From Phoronis australis (taxonomy: Eukaryota > Animalia > Phoronida), in the NCBI GenBank assembly GCA_002633005.1, contig NMRA01000280.1, positions 326,080-390,079 of the forward strand: 64,000 nucleotides of DNA. The letters are read 5' to 3'. Positions 25,934 to 39,328 of this stretch are shown piece by piece. Position 1 is the first letter of the stretch. Every line of letters begins with the position of its first letter. The position numbers were made by a program, and so were the translations under genes. The notes under the pieces are model-generated. The model saw only the letters and a list, made by a program, of their open reading frames with translations. It ran no database searches and was not told where the DNA came from.

Positions 25934-26642
25934 CAAAATTCTGAATACTGTAAAGCATTAATTTAATGAGCTATATCAAAATGAAAATGATTAAGTAATT
26001 CCACCTGACGTTTTGTCTCTTAAATTGGTGGGATTTTACCCTTTATGTAGTTAAGAGAGTTTATTTATCAACCATCACCATTGTTCAAGTTGTATTTTGC
26101 TCTGATAAATCAATCTGATTATTCTCCTTACTATGATAAGATTCTATGCTCGATACCAACAAAAATATCGAAATCACTAGTGACTCAAGGACAAGCTTTA
26201 GTTTATTGGGTGGGCCAATACTAAGATTGCAAAAAATGGCCCATGTATACATTATCTGTTGCTGGGTAATTCAATAATAATTCAAGATCAGATAACAGTA
26301 ATGTTTTTAGACCTAATCGCTTGTGTTAAGATTTCTACATTGACAGCTACATAGCACCAAAACATACTTTTACATTTATTTTGTAGATAAGCCAAGAATA
26401 ATAAACTGTCCTGTTTCCTAGGAAACTCTGCTGGTTTGCCACTCACTGGGGAAAGTCTACAAACAATGTTTTGATTGTGGTTCCTGTGTGCCTATATTTG
26501 GGAAGTTTCATGAGTTATTGAAAATTCTGGATAAGTGTTTGGCCTGAACTTCCCTGTCAAGAGATCAAACATCAGCAGCAAAGTTTTCAACTGACTAATG
26601 TCCAAGGAAACTCCATCATGAAGCAAACACTGATAAAACTAA

Positions 26643-27042
26643 AGGGCCATCCACACATCCACACACAGACTAACTCTAGAACCAGTTACTCCTGGAACAA
26701 ATTGTTGCTATGTTTAAGTGCTGTCTGGACGCTATTTAAACTAGCACAACTTACGCCAATTGTGAGGACTTATTGGACACATAATCCACGTGGGTAACTT
26801 GTTCTAAGGTAACTTGCGTCACTTGTAAATCTTGTGTGGCTGCAAAAAAGGGGTAGGGTGGAAGTAATTATCAGCTGTGGTTAGACAGACGGGTTTTCTC
26901 TTGTGTGGCGTAATGGCATCAGGTTTCATTGTCACGCACAGAGCGACAACATTGGCCTAACCCTAGTTCTTGGACATGTGTTACATGGGGTAAGTTGCAC
27001 TAGTGCAAGTTGTTCTAAGGTAGGCTGTGTGTGGATGGGACT
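26643..27042. mobile_element. PIF/Harbinger-type MITE (~400 bp)
   Basis: TIR AGGGCCATCCACAC / GTGTGGATGGGACT, 3-bp TAA flanks; alignable with 28742-29148. Confidence 0.8.
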
Positions 27043-28484
27043 TAATATTTTCACATCCTGGTCTCGCAAAAGGTGAGGACTAAATATCAATAGAAGATAT
27101 AAATTCCAAAGTAAGAAGGTTGACGTACTGACGCTCATTTTGCACTGCATTGGCAACTGGCTACCCTTAGTTAACAAGAACATAAACACCCTAGTCTTGC
27201 ACTTAACCATCACACTTGCCGCTCACTAGACTGAATTTTCTCAAAATAGAGGACCCTGGCAGTCCAGGATTCATGATCACCATAGTGAACCAATTTTCAT
27301 CCATCAAGCAACAGACACTAATGACATTTTCCCACCAAGGATGTCTTTTAAAAGTTAATTAGTATAAACAGACAATTACAAAAAACATTCACACATGCTT
27401 CACACACACCCCACCAAGTCAACATACAAAAGAGGACAGTAAATGCAAACTGCAAAGTGAGCTAAGAGCTTTCCCATAAGCTTCAACATAACTGATGCTG
27501 AAATCCCACGATGACGAAAAGGTCAGCAAAGCTATCACAAGGTGGTGCTTTGCAACAACATAATGCAAAGGGTGTGCATACCTTCACTTAAAAAATACAA
27601 TGATAGCACTATGTGCTAGTTATAAAATTGTGAATGGCATTCTCAACTAAAACAGACCGGTGGTGGCCTGTTCTAAACATGATTACTGCAGCTGAAGCAT
27701 CAAGCCATGTCTAACTGAAGGTGAGGTCAAAGGGCAACAAGAAAGTCAAAGACCAGTACAATCATGTAAAACTGGGCTGAACTAGAATACAGCGAAACTC
27801 GAATCTTGCTGTATTAACCCAAAATGCCACAACATGAGTCAAGAACTTAGGTATTTTGCGCCACTGAAGTACAAGAAAACGAGTGAATAAAGCAAATTCG
27901 CCTGGTTAATTTTGAATTGAACAGAATTGCCTTTCAAGTCCGCTACTTTCTATACCATTGTAATCAGGAATTTTCCCCACGACCATTCACCTCGACGGTT
28001 TCCAACATGACCATTGACCAGGGCGAAAATGTGCCTGATATTCCAAAATAAGGCCAGCGAAAAAAGGACCTGGCATTCTTACCTCCTAAAGAAAGGAGAG
28101 TTCCATCACTTTGCAATCCTGGATGGCCATATTGTACAACTGACACAGTGTTCATGGAGGAGGGAAAGTGCACATAGACAATCTATCCATTCTGTTATTC
28201 ACACCTTATTATCCATGGTACATTAGAGGCACATCATCAGAAAGCTATAAACTATTGCAAAGCTGTGCTGAGATTATCTGGACGGGGTAATTAGTTTCTG
28301 CTGAGATGAATAAATTAAAGGCACTAGAGGCTGACGAGCCATTTTTCCATACACAAAAGATGACACTAAAAGACAACATAAAAGAAGTCTCAAGAGTGAG
28401 GAATGGCTTATCATGACTTTCCTCCGTGAATAAAAAACATGTTGAAAATGACCTTCCCTCCAATTTTGTATTAAAACAGATATG

Positions 28485-28733
28485 TTAAATAATTAGTGTT
28501 ATGCCTGGTCAGTCAACAGGATATACAAATTCATTAAATAATTAGTGTTGCCCCTGGTCAGTCAACAGAGTCCACACATTCATTAAATAAATAATTAATG
28601 TTTTACCTGGTCAGTCAACAGAATACACAAATTCATTAAATAATTAGTGTTGCCCCTGGTCAGCCAACAGAATACACAAATTCATTAAATAATTAGTGTT
28701 ATGCCTGGTCAGTCAACAGAATACATAAATTCA
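28485..28733. repeat. Minisatellite, ~49-bp unit x5
   Basis: ttaaataattagtgtt(atg/gcc)cctggtcagtcaacagaatacacaaattca repeated head-to-tail. Confidence 0.9.
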
Positions 28734-28741
28734 ATCACCAA

Positions 28742-29148
28742 AGTACTGTCCACACAAAGACTTACCCTAGACCAAGTTACTCCTGGAAGAGTTGTTGCTA
28801 GGTTTGAGTGCTGTCTGGACACTATTTAAACTAGTGCAACTTACCTCACTTGTGACAACTTACTCCATCTTATCGAGGTGGATAACTTGTTCTAGGGTAA
28901 CTTGCGCTACTTGCTATTGTGGTGTGGCCGCAAACGTGGGGTAGAACGGAAGTAATTATCAGCCGCGGTTACATACAGACAGGTTTTCTTTTGTGCGCTG
29001 TCCTCACATAAGGTGTTCATTGTCACGTAAAGAGTGACAACTTCCACCTTACCCTAGTTATCAGATATGTGCATGTGGACGCTCCACTTAAAGTGTGATA
29101 TGTTGCTCCAGTGCAAGTTGTTATAAGCTAGGTTGTGTGGACAGAACT
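28742..29148. mobile_element. PIF/Harbinger-type MITE (~407 bp)
   Basis: TIR AGTACTGTCCACAC / GTGTGGACAGAACT, 3-bp CAA flanks; same family as 26643-27042. Confidence 0.8.
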
Positions 29149-31499
29149 CAAGTTAGTCAGGTGTGCACACATTGCCTTTTTGTGCCTGACCTATCTGGTA
29201 CTTTCTCTTTAGGGTCTTTCTTCCTAATGTAAAGCCGGCTATGTTTTGCTGAGTTGCGATCAGTGTGAAAGCCAAACTTCGTTGCTGGATTGATGTTAAC
29301 AGCACCAGTTAATTGCACAAGTGGATTTTACATCAAAGTGTCCATGCTGTGGTTGGGTATGAACGGTCAACTTCGGTCTTTTTGAAGTTATCAGCAGGGG
29401 CAACTGCTATCCGAGTGTCAACAAGGGGGAGTGCTGTCACTAATATTTGTTAATATCTTGCTCAATTAATAATGACCAGTCAAATGAAAATCGGTAGTAT
29501 GTTGCTTACTCTACAGACAAGTTCTCAACCTGCTGCATTAAAATAGTCTTAACGAATGCAGAACGCCCATGCTGTACAAAAACCTAAGGTGAAGGTCACC
29601 TTATGCGTCTGTGATACCTTGGTAGTATCCTGTTTGGTCTCTCAACCTACCTATAGAATGCACGCTGAGTATGGGAACGTGACAACCCAATGTGAGAGAC
29701 AAGGCAATAAGTTAGATGATGATAGCGTCACCACCGTTTAGTTCGACATCGACTACTGAGGTCAGGATGACTGGCTCTATTAAGTTCTCTGTTAACATTA
29801 ACTTTCTCTCGTAGCGGAGTTGAGTCTATATGAAAGGACCTTTTCTAAAGTGCAGTGCTTTGGGGTTTAAATCTACATGTACTGGTAGTAGAATGAGAAC
29901 TTCAAAATTTGTCTGAAAGCAACGGTTGCAAACATGATCTCCCCATAAAGTTCTGAATCAAATTTCTCCAAAATCTTCTGAGCTCTTTTGAAGTATCCCC
30001 TGTTGAACTGTTTTGTTTTTGAAGATAAAATTATTTTTTATCCTTTTTGTTTGTGTATACAACATTGACGTTTCTTTATAAAGAAACATTTTCTTGAAAA
30101 ACAAAAGTTAAAGTGTTTCATACACAGACAACACCACCTGCCAACAAGGTTGAAGACATCCAAATTAACCTTTCACACAACATGGAAGCTCCAGTGTTAA
30201 ATCCAGTTATGGTAATTTGTGACTTTAACTACCATAAAAGACTGACAACACTGCAACAACACCCACACATAGACATTAGTGGGAAAGTCCTTTAGACCAG
30301 TCTGAAGCATGTTACACACACTTTAATTATATGCCAAATTAGCCAGTCAACAACAGAAGCTAGGACCACAACTGAAAACTCCACCTGTTACCTTCAGATA
30401 AGCACCAGTTGAACATGGAACAGCACTTGGCAAGGATTATATATAAAGCTAAACTTCGAATGCTTTGACAAAAAAGTGCTAATTTACAAATTATGAACTT
30501 AACAAGAAATTACCTCAACTATCGCTCTGCTGACAACAGACTGAACATTTGCAAACAGTTTGCTGCTTCAAAGTAAGAGGAACCAGGTTCATCAGTTGCT
30601 AGACAGTGTTTTATCAGTGAAAACACAACTGCTTGCACACCCAGTACTGGGCATGATATCTGATAAGGTGACCTGAATGTTTCAACCCAGTTCACATGCT
30701 CACTAACTATGTAATGCATGTATGCAGGCTGAGGTTTCATTAAAAATGCACCACATGCATGCATTATAAAGTATTTCAAAAGAAACCCGATTCTGATCAG
30801 CAATCATCAAAAAGGTAATAACGGAAAGTCTGGTGTCTGGGGGTAATGAGGATGACATTCTGACATTTTGCACACTAGATCCAATCCCTCAAGGAATAAT
30901 GAGAGTTCAGGATAATGAGGTCCTGCCTTGAACACACTCATAATGTTGTACTTGCCTCTGCATACTCTTGGAAAAACAATGAAATGCATTTGCTTATTGA
31001 GCTATGCTAAATTGAAATATAATTTTGGATTAACATGAAACCGCGAGCAGTTTCACTGGCAAGTTAGAGAGACCATCTATGAAGAGAACATTTTCATCAG
31101 CAGTTTGTCCATTTCCTCACCACCAAGTTGCTTTTAAGCAAAATTAGATGTCAAAATACGTTCATTCTCTGTCATAAGTTGATTAATGTGTCAACAAAGA
31201 AAGGCCTTGTAGGTGTGTCATTTAAGTAAGCAGCCTAGCTGCAAAAGTGCCAGCAAAAATGCCAACAGTTTAGGGGTAACTCAAGCTACCAGCAAATCAC
31301 TTGTAACGGCTGATATTACTGGCATTTCAGGTGCTAGTAAAAGTGCTAGTGAAAATACTAGTGTTTTAGCCCGTTTGAGAATAGGGTATTTACTCAGTAG
31401 TAATTTTGTACAGTAAAATTTCACCACTTTACATCATAGAGGGCAAGTTAATGAAGTTTTTTAAAATGACAGATCAAGAGAAACAGTGATACATCAAAT

Positions 31500-32363
31500 A
31501 ATAGATGCCTATCTGCCAAATTTTATGAAAATCGTTGAGGACCTTTGACGATACAGAGGTAAACGTAACAAACTAAAATTGCCACTAGGGGACACACCGT
31601 TAGTCGGATTGGTCGGAAAGTTTGCTCATGCAAGAAAAGAACACATACATCAAAGAGTTTTGGACCAGCGGATGCCGGAGAAACGTCAGACGGACGGACG
31701 CTGGACTGATGGACAGGGATAACGATATAAAAAACTAAAACTGCCATAAAGAGCCACACCTACAGCCGGATTGGTCTGAAACTCGTCGTCATTCATTATC
31801 ATCTCCATAGGAACATCTGCCACATTTCACAAAGATCGTCCAAGGAGTGAAGGAGATACAACCGAGGATGCAAAAAAATTGTCACTAGGGGTCACCACAG
31901 CTGTCGAACCCGTCCGAAAATTAATGTCAGCCCGGTCTTTTCATCAAGAAAACATCGACCAATTTTCATAATGATCCTTTGAGCAGTTTGGCCGATAGGA
32001 AGGTAGACGTCAAAATACAAACTTTTTTTTTTTTTAATTGCCACCAGGTGGTGCAGAATAGGTCAAATCCGTCTGAAAACGGAAGGCATCATCATCTCTT
32101 AAACAGAAACTTATTTGCTAAATTTCACGCAAATCCATCACGGAAATCCAAAGATACAGAGGCAAATGTATAAAACTAAAATTGCAACTAGGGAACAGAG
32201 CAGTAGTTGAATCGGTCTGAAACTCGTGGTCGTGTGCCGTCAGCTTCATAGATACACATCTGTCACAATCCTGTAAGGGGTTTAGGAGATGCAGCCGTGG
32301 ATGCTGCCAGATGCCTAGACAGAGATGACAGCAATACCACACGTAAATACGAGGGCACATAAT
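31500..32363. mobile_element. HINE/Helentron-family copy, degenerate and rearranged
   Basis: Same aaaattgccactaggg subunits, gacggacggacg at ~31689, degenerate terminal ...gggcacataa. Confidence 0.75.
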
Positions 32364-33866
32364 AAGGTTAAAAAGCTAAATAACACTGTTTATGATCTCC
32401 CAATGTTTTAGTCAGGACATTAACCTGTTCAGGTACAGGCTCAATGCCAACTTTTGTTTTTAAGTGCACCTTCACGACCCAATCTTCACCCCTCCCTGAT
32501 GTTCAAGTTCCCTAACACAAGCGCCCAGGACAGTAACCCAATGAGAGCGGTACTTAGAAAACTATACTGTTGACTGGACCACTGCCTTTAGCTACTATTA
32601 CCATAAAAACTTTGTTGTTGGGAGTCACTCAACTTGCTTTCTTTCTCCATCTGGCTAAGAAATGTGTGAAAACATAAAACATACCTGAGCTCTGCAATAC
32701 TTAGAGTGAATTCCAAATGTTTATAGAAAAAACTGCATGTCTTTACTTGTAAATTTTCAGCACATTTTCACACCAATATTTTCTATGAAACTTCAGCGTC
32801 ACAGGTTTACGTTGGCATCCTCCACTTAATTGATCCAGTTATCTGAATGAATTTTAAAAATACAGAAATGCAGAATACATACCGTACCATTCAGCACATT
32901 TCCATTGTCTATGATCCCTGGGACTCACAAGTATAACTTGGCATGCTCCACTAATTCATCAATTCATTTGAAAGAAATTTTTAAGACTTACAATACATAA
33001 ATCTTAAAAGACCTTCAAATATATATTTATATACAGACAACACATTCTTTCACATTGTCACATAACATATACTAATAGGTTCTAAAGAACAGGCAGTGAC
33101 TCACAAGTTTGTGTTGGAAACTGTCAATCAGTTGTCAACACTGGCGAGGGGCAATCAAGAGCAGGTTGAGAGGGGGGTTATTGACTGTAAGGAGGACTTT
33201 TTGCAGTGAATTGGGGAATGGTACTGTTATGCTCCCATGGTCTAGTATTTTCATAAACCGGTAAATACACGTTTTGGCAGACATGTTATCCCAACTGGTG
33301 CTTGGAATCAGCAAAATATTTGACCGAGAAAATATTGAGCAATTACACTGAGCGCAACTAATCTACGCACAAGCCACGTAAATGTTACAATTGTCGAGGA
33401 TTTGTTTCTCTTAAAACAATCAAGAGTAAAAAATATCAAGGAAATTGAATGTCGGCATTTAAAACGCAAGATGGAGAAGTTCAATTGCTCGATGAAAGCA
33501 CATTACATAAATACTGCGCCATTTACTATTTGTTCGTTATACTCTTTTCAGCAAGATCCATCCAATAACCTGTTTAGGCAATCTTAAACTACTGCCACAA
33601 GTGCTGTCATGGATAAGTATTTTTACAACCAACATGAGGTGCTGCAATGTCCTCTGAAGCAGTAAATTTCTGTTCTGATTGTTGTCCGGTGTTGACTTTC
33701 TTCATGTCTATTTCAATGTGAAACAGTGCATAAATTTCCACTGTCGCCAAGTCAACACAAGCATGACACGTGAGCGAATAAACTCAAAACTCAGACCTCG
33801 CTGAGGCCTCTCGGTACCGACTGAACTTGCTTGCTTTAAAGTGTATTATTGCCTCACTTTTCATTC

Positions 33867-34950
33867 AACAAGAGCAACGTGGAGCGTTGAAATGCACCCA
33901 CGAATGCACCGCTAATGTTGTGCTATTAGGGGTGTTTATTTGGAACATGAAAATTTGCAACCAGATGGCACAAAATATGTCGAATCCATCTGAGAACTTG
34001 TATGTGTCATCAAAGCTATTTACCAAATTTCATAAAAATCTGTCAAGGAACTTCTGAAAAAACAAAGGAAAAAGAAAAAATGAAATTGCCACTAAGAGGC
34101 TATAAGCGCAAAAAACATAACTGCCACAAAGAGGCACCAAAGTAGATAAAGTCGTCGGAAAATCATCGTCAGACTTCCTCTTCCCATTAGGAACATAAAT
34201 GCCAATTTCCATAACCATCCTTAGAGTGGTTTGGTTGACAGAAAGGCAGACGACAAATAACAAGACTTGAAAACAGTAAAAATGGCTACAAGATGGCGCA
34301 AAATGCCTCGAATTTTACCGAAAACCGGATGATAGCGTCACCTCACTAATACTGCCTAACTGCCAAATTTTATGAAAATCCATTGATGATCCTTTAAGAT
34401 ACAGAGGTAAACGTTAAAGACTAAAATTGCCACTAGGAGGCACACCTGTAGCCCACTCCGTCCGAAGTCGTCATCCTCTGTAGTCAACTTCATATAAATA
34501 CACCAGCAAAATTCAATAAAGATCCTGTAGAGCATTAAGGAGATACAGCCATGGGCGCAAAAACAAACAAAACAGCCACTAGGAGGCGCCATAGCATTCC
34601 AAGTCATCGGAAAATCATCGTTAGCCGCCCTCTTCACAGTAAGAACATATATGCCAACTTTCACAATCATACCTAGAGCGGTTTGGTTGAGAGAACGATG
34701 GACGCCAAAAAACAGACTCGAAAACAGTAAAAATGGCCACTAGGTGGCGCAAAGTACCCCGAATCCATCTGAAAATGGGAGGATGGCATCATCCCACTAA
34801 TAGATGTCTAACTGCCAAATTTTATGAAAATCCGTTGAAGACCTCCAAATCTACAGAGGTAAGCGCAAAAAAATTAAAATTGCCACCAGGGGGCACACCA
34901 GTAATTGGAGAGGTTCGAAATTCGTTGGCCAACATACTGGGCCACATGTA
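33867..34950. mobile_element. HINE/Helentron-family copy, truncated at the microsatellite end
   Basis: Starts aacaagagcaacgtggagcgttgaaatgcaccca, matching 9215; internal subunits align with 9540-10100. Confidence 0.85.
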
Positions 34951-37900
34951 AGTATACATACACAATTACGGTAGGCATAATGATGTCATTAACATCTGCT
35001 TTATTACGCCAACTGTTATTGATAGAAATTTCTAATCATAATTTGATATCATTTAGCTCAACAAGGCCAATCCAAAACAAATCACGTAAGTTCAGAGTGA
35101 AACGGCTAGTTAACCAAAACACAATTTATAATCTCACAGTCCACTTATATTGCACTGGTGTTTCACTTTATAGTAAATGTGCAGAAGTGATCAACACCTA
35201 TCACACTAATCGACTCGCGTGTGTCTTTGCAAAGTTGCTCGTTTAGTACGACATCATTTTGATGATTAGAACCGAGTCAAATAAAATTAAAATGCCAAAA
35301 ATCCACAGCCTTAATAATTAGGTCACATTTACATTGTGCTGTAAATTACTAAGAACTGACAAAGTTTTTGACTGGCTGTGGATCAATCGTAATCCTTCCC
35401 AACTCTCCTGAAGCATGCAATATGTGCAACAATTATCCGAGCACACTAATTAATCCAAACGCAAGTAATTTTATAAAATTTTCAAGTTCTTCACTGCTAC
35501 CTGAATTGGAAAAAATACAATACCTGCAGAATTTTTGAAAATGTGATGTGACTGTGCATCTCTATTTGAGGTTCCTAATCGTGTCATAGTAGTGGCAGAT
35601 ACGTCACCACATATGAACAAGGAAGTGAATACAGTCACAAAGTGGTTGTGTTATCAGCTTGCACAAAGCTGCTTACACACTGCAGGCTAGAATGAATGAG
35701 TTAAAATGATTGATGGAACCTCAAAAAGCTAACTGTTTTACAGAAACAGTTGCCTTGGAAACATCTACAACAGAAATGTGATGAGGCAGATGCAAACGCC
35801 GCAGCAATAACGGCAATGAATATTATGACTTTAAAAAAGAACATAACGTTGTGAAAACAGTTTTCTTAAAACACCAAAAAATTACACTTCTTCCCTAGCC
35901 AGGCAACACTTGTTACTGTGCCCATTAATAATGGTTATATAACATCAAAAGTATCTGCTTACATAGCCCTGCCTGCAAATCGACATTCTATGACAAAACA
36001 GCAATTTGAAAGCCAAGCCAGATGAAAACTTTGACTGAGTGAGACTATTCAACAGTCATATGTAAGTGGTGGCAAGACTACTGCAGTCATTTCTCGCAAG
36101 AAATAAAACATAAATAAAATCGGAAAAAGCCAAAAATACAACAAAAGCATTAGTGCTACGGGAGTTATTGACATTGTCTTAAAAAATTCCCCTACTGCAG
36201 CAATATTGTTTCCATCTTAGCTTTGCTTCCCCTCCACAAACCCCTTCCCCCTCTGAAAATAGGGCCGTCCCAGATTAAACACCGACACTTGAATCTCGCT
36301 GCATTTTCTCACAATGCCGTAAATATCCGTCAGTTCTCGTTTTCGTGTCACTGGAGTTTCACATGTTATTTGTTATTGTCCAATTCTTTACAAGTTTTTC
36401 TTGGTTGCATTACGCTATCCATCCTGCCAATGCCGACGAAGTATTACTGCTGTGCTGTGGGCTGCAAGTTGGACGTGAGAAAGTCTGATAAATTAGACAA
36501 TCCTGACATCAATGAGAGACACGAAAAGGTGCCTAATTTCCAAAACGAGGTCACGAGCTTTCTAATCTCCGATACAAAGCAGAGTTCCATCACAGTGTAA
36601 TCAGGGACAGACCTATTGCCATGCAGGTGTATCACTTTGAGTGAAACTTAAGTGCAAAACAATGACTCAGTAAGGTCACACATGTTTACAACTCTAAGCA
36701 GTATTGCCTGTGACATTCATAAGGTACCTACAATACACACAGGAATGTCTTTGTCTAGTATTCAAAAGCACTTCTCATTCAGAGTCCTCACAAAGAAACC
36801 TTATTCAAATCTCAAGGCAACCAAAACAATCTTTGAGATCCACAGTGTTTAGAAGCAGGCAAGCATACACTCACTGTTAGTTTATGGTATTTGTACCTAA
36901 GTTAAAAAGCTTATTAATGTCCACCTAATCAGGTGGCAGTGTCAATGAAGTTAATCAAGCATGACAAACAAAACACACAAATAACATAATAATGGAGCCT
37001 ATACACTTTTGTGTGGTAGAAACATTTCCCTTGATAGGAAACGTGCTTGGCATATTGAAAAATAATGAGCACGCCTTTAAAAGAGACCATAAAACCAAGC
37101 TAGCAGCCTTGGACTTCCCTTGTTTGTGAGAAAACACAAATCAACTCATTCTTGGAGCAGCTGGATATAACATGATACAAAAGTTGTGGACTATTAATTG
37201 CTTGCAAACTACTTTTATCTTGAAAAAAGACAGTAACAGCATACATGTAAAAGGTAAGATGGCTTACTCACAGATTGACAGTTGGCTGATAACAAAGTTC
37301 AGCTCACAAGAATCAAAAGCCACTGAGATGTAGCAAAGACAAGCCTGCGCAAAACCCCAAAAAAGAACTCAGATACTTTAAAAAAATCACGAAAAAGTAG
37401 TGAAAGAGAAACAGGAAGGTGGAGAGTGGGGGAAATTAGTGAGGATGGGATGGGCAGTAGGGGGAGACATGGAAACGAAAAAGCAGATGGGGGCAGGGGA
37501 AATAAAGTTTCCCTGAGCAAAATATCCACCGCAATGCACTTACGTAGTTGGTCTGTTCTTGAGGGGGTGGGTAAGTTCTTCAATCAAAGTCAGAAAGCAG
37601 CTGGAAGCCACCGATGAAGGTCAGGGGTGGATAGTAGGGAGAAAATGGAAGCCTGGTTTGTTACTGAGCACTTAAATCCCATTAATTGAATACAATGGCA
37701 CTAAAAACATAGTTGATTATTATAAATTATCTGTCTATTGAGAAAAGCAAAAACCTCAAGATATCATGGATCCCTGCAGTGCATAAATTTACTGTGATGA
37801 AATAGAACCATTCGAACACAAACACAGGGAGGACGGTAAAATCTCGCCAATTTTAAACCAAAATAATGGTAATGTTGTTCTTTTTTTAAATTCTTCTCAC

Positions 37901-38869
37901 AATGTTGTGAATGTCCACAATTTCTCAAAATGCTCTCGCAGTATAGAAACTGAAAATGCTAAAGCTTTTATTCAATGCTTCTTATCTTTTAAGGAAAAAT
38001 GAAAGAACTACCAATGTTGTCCGCGCGATCCGTCATGTTGTGTCCTAAATTGGTAAGATTATAAACTATAATAAGTAGTAAATATGGTAAATTTCAAATT
38101 CATAACAAACAGATGGTTAACAGCTGCAGAAGACTCTGAATTTTGTTTTGACATTTCGTGAACTCTCTTTATCAAATATACCCGTTCAAAATTACGGTTG
38201 GGTAAAAGCACACATTGTTCGGCCAAACATAGCAATAGAGATTTTACAGTGCATTAGTTCACACTTTTACCACATTATTTCCCAACTTGAAGTACGCCAT
38301 AAGTTGAAAAACATTTCATACTATCTAAATACAACATTTCACAGTACCTTCTTTTTCACACTAACCAAGAACAAAAGATACAGATGTGTCGACAGTGACT
38401 TCATGTAGTTGCACACCACAACACCATAGAAGCACTGAATGGGCAATGTACACTTTGAATGTATTTTTGATCATTCCTATAAATAGCCCATAATCCATAC
38501 ACACAGAGCATAGTTCCAGCACAACCAGGTGTGTCCACACATTTCACCTAGCAACTCACCTGCGATCACCTTTAACAGACTTGATTCACAGTCACAGTGA
38601 CTAGTACTGTCTAGACAGTAATGATATTGTTGAGCCTTTACATTACAACACTTAAACCCAACAAAAAGACAAACTACACTTAACTGGATACACAGAAAAA
38701 CAAACCAATTAGCGTTATCTCTTACCAAGTTTACTTTGAGTCACAACTTCGTTAGCTCATCAGGTAGATAATGAGCCATTTAGCTGTTTTGCAATCATCT
38801 CATTCTGTTTGAACAAATAAGCAACATCAGAAACACAAAGCTCATAGCTGCACCACTAACAGTAAGCTT

Positions 38870-39328
38870 CTGGGGGTGTTTACAAGTGTCAAAAATGACC
38901 ACTAGGTGGTGCGGAATGTGTGGAACTTATCTGAAAATGGGAAAGACTCATCTTCTCCCTTGCCAAATTTCATTAAAATACATCTAAGAACTCCAAAGAT
39001 AGAAGCAAACTTAAAAATTAAAATTACCACTAGGAGACATAGTGTTTGTCAGATTGGTCTGAAACCCAATGCCATCTGTTGTCAGCTTCATAAAGACACG
39101 CGTGTTACGTAAATCTTATTAAAATCCTGCAAGGGGTTCAGGCGATATGTAACAGCAGACGCTGGACGCCCAGGCAGAAATGACGGCACTATACACAACG
39201 CAGGCACAAATTGTCATCACAGCCCTAATTGTCACACTTTGAGATGACATGACAATTTCAGCCTGCACCATTCACCCACACACCCACACCCACACACCCA
39301 CACCCACACATATATGTGGGCACATAAA
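38870..39328. mobile_element. HINE/Helentron-family copy, degenerate
   Basis: ccactaggtggtgc subunits and terminal cacatatatgtgggcacataaaa. Confidence 0.7.

Noticed and set aside
28485-28733. Regularly spaced repeats resembling a CRISPR array
   Set aside because: The units are head-to-tail with no unique spacers and the context is eukaryotic; it is a minisatellite.
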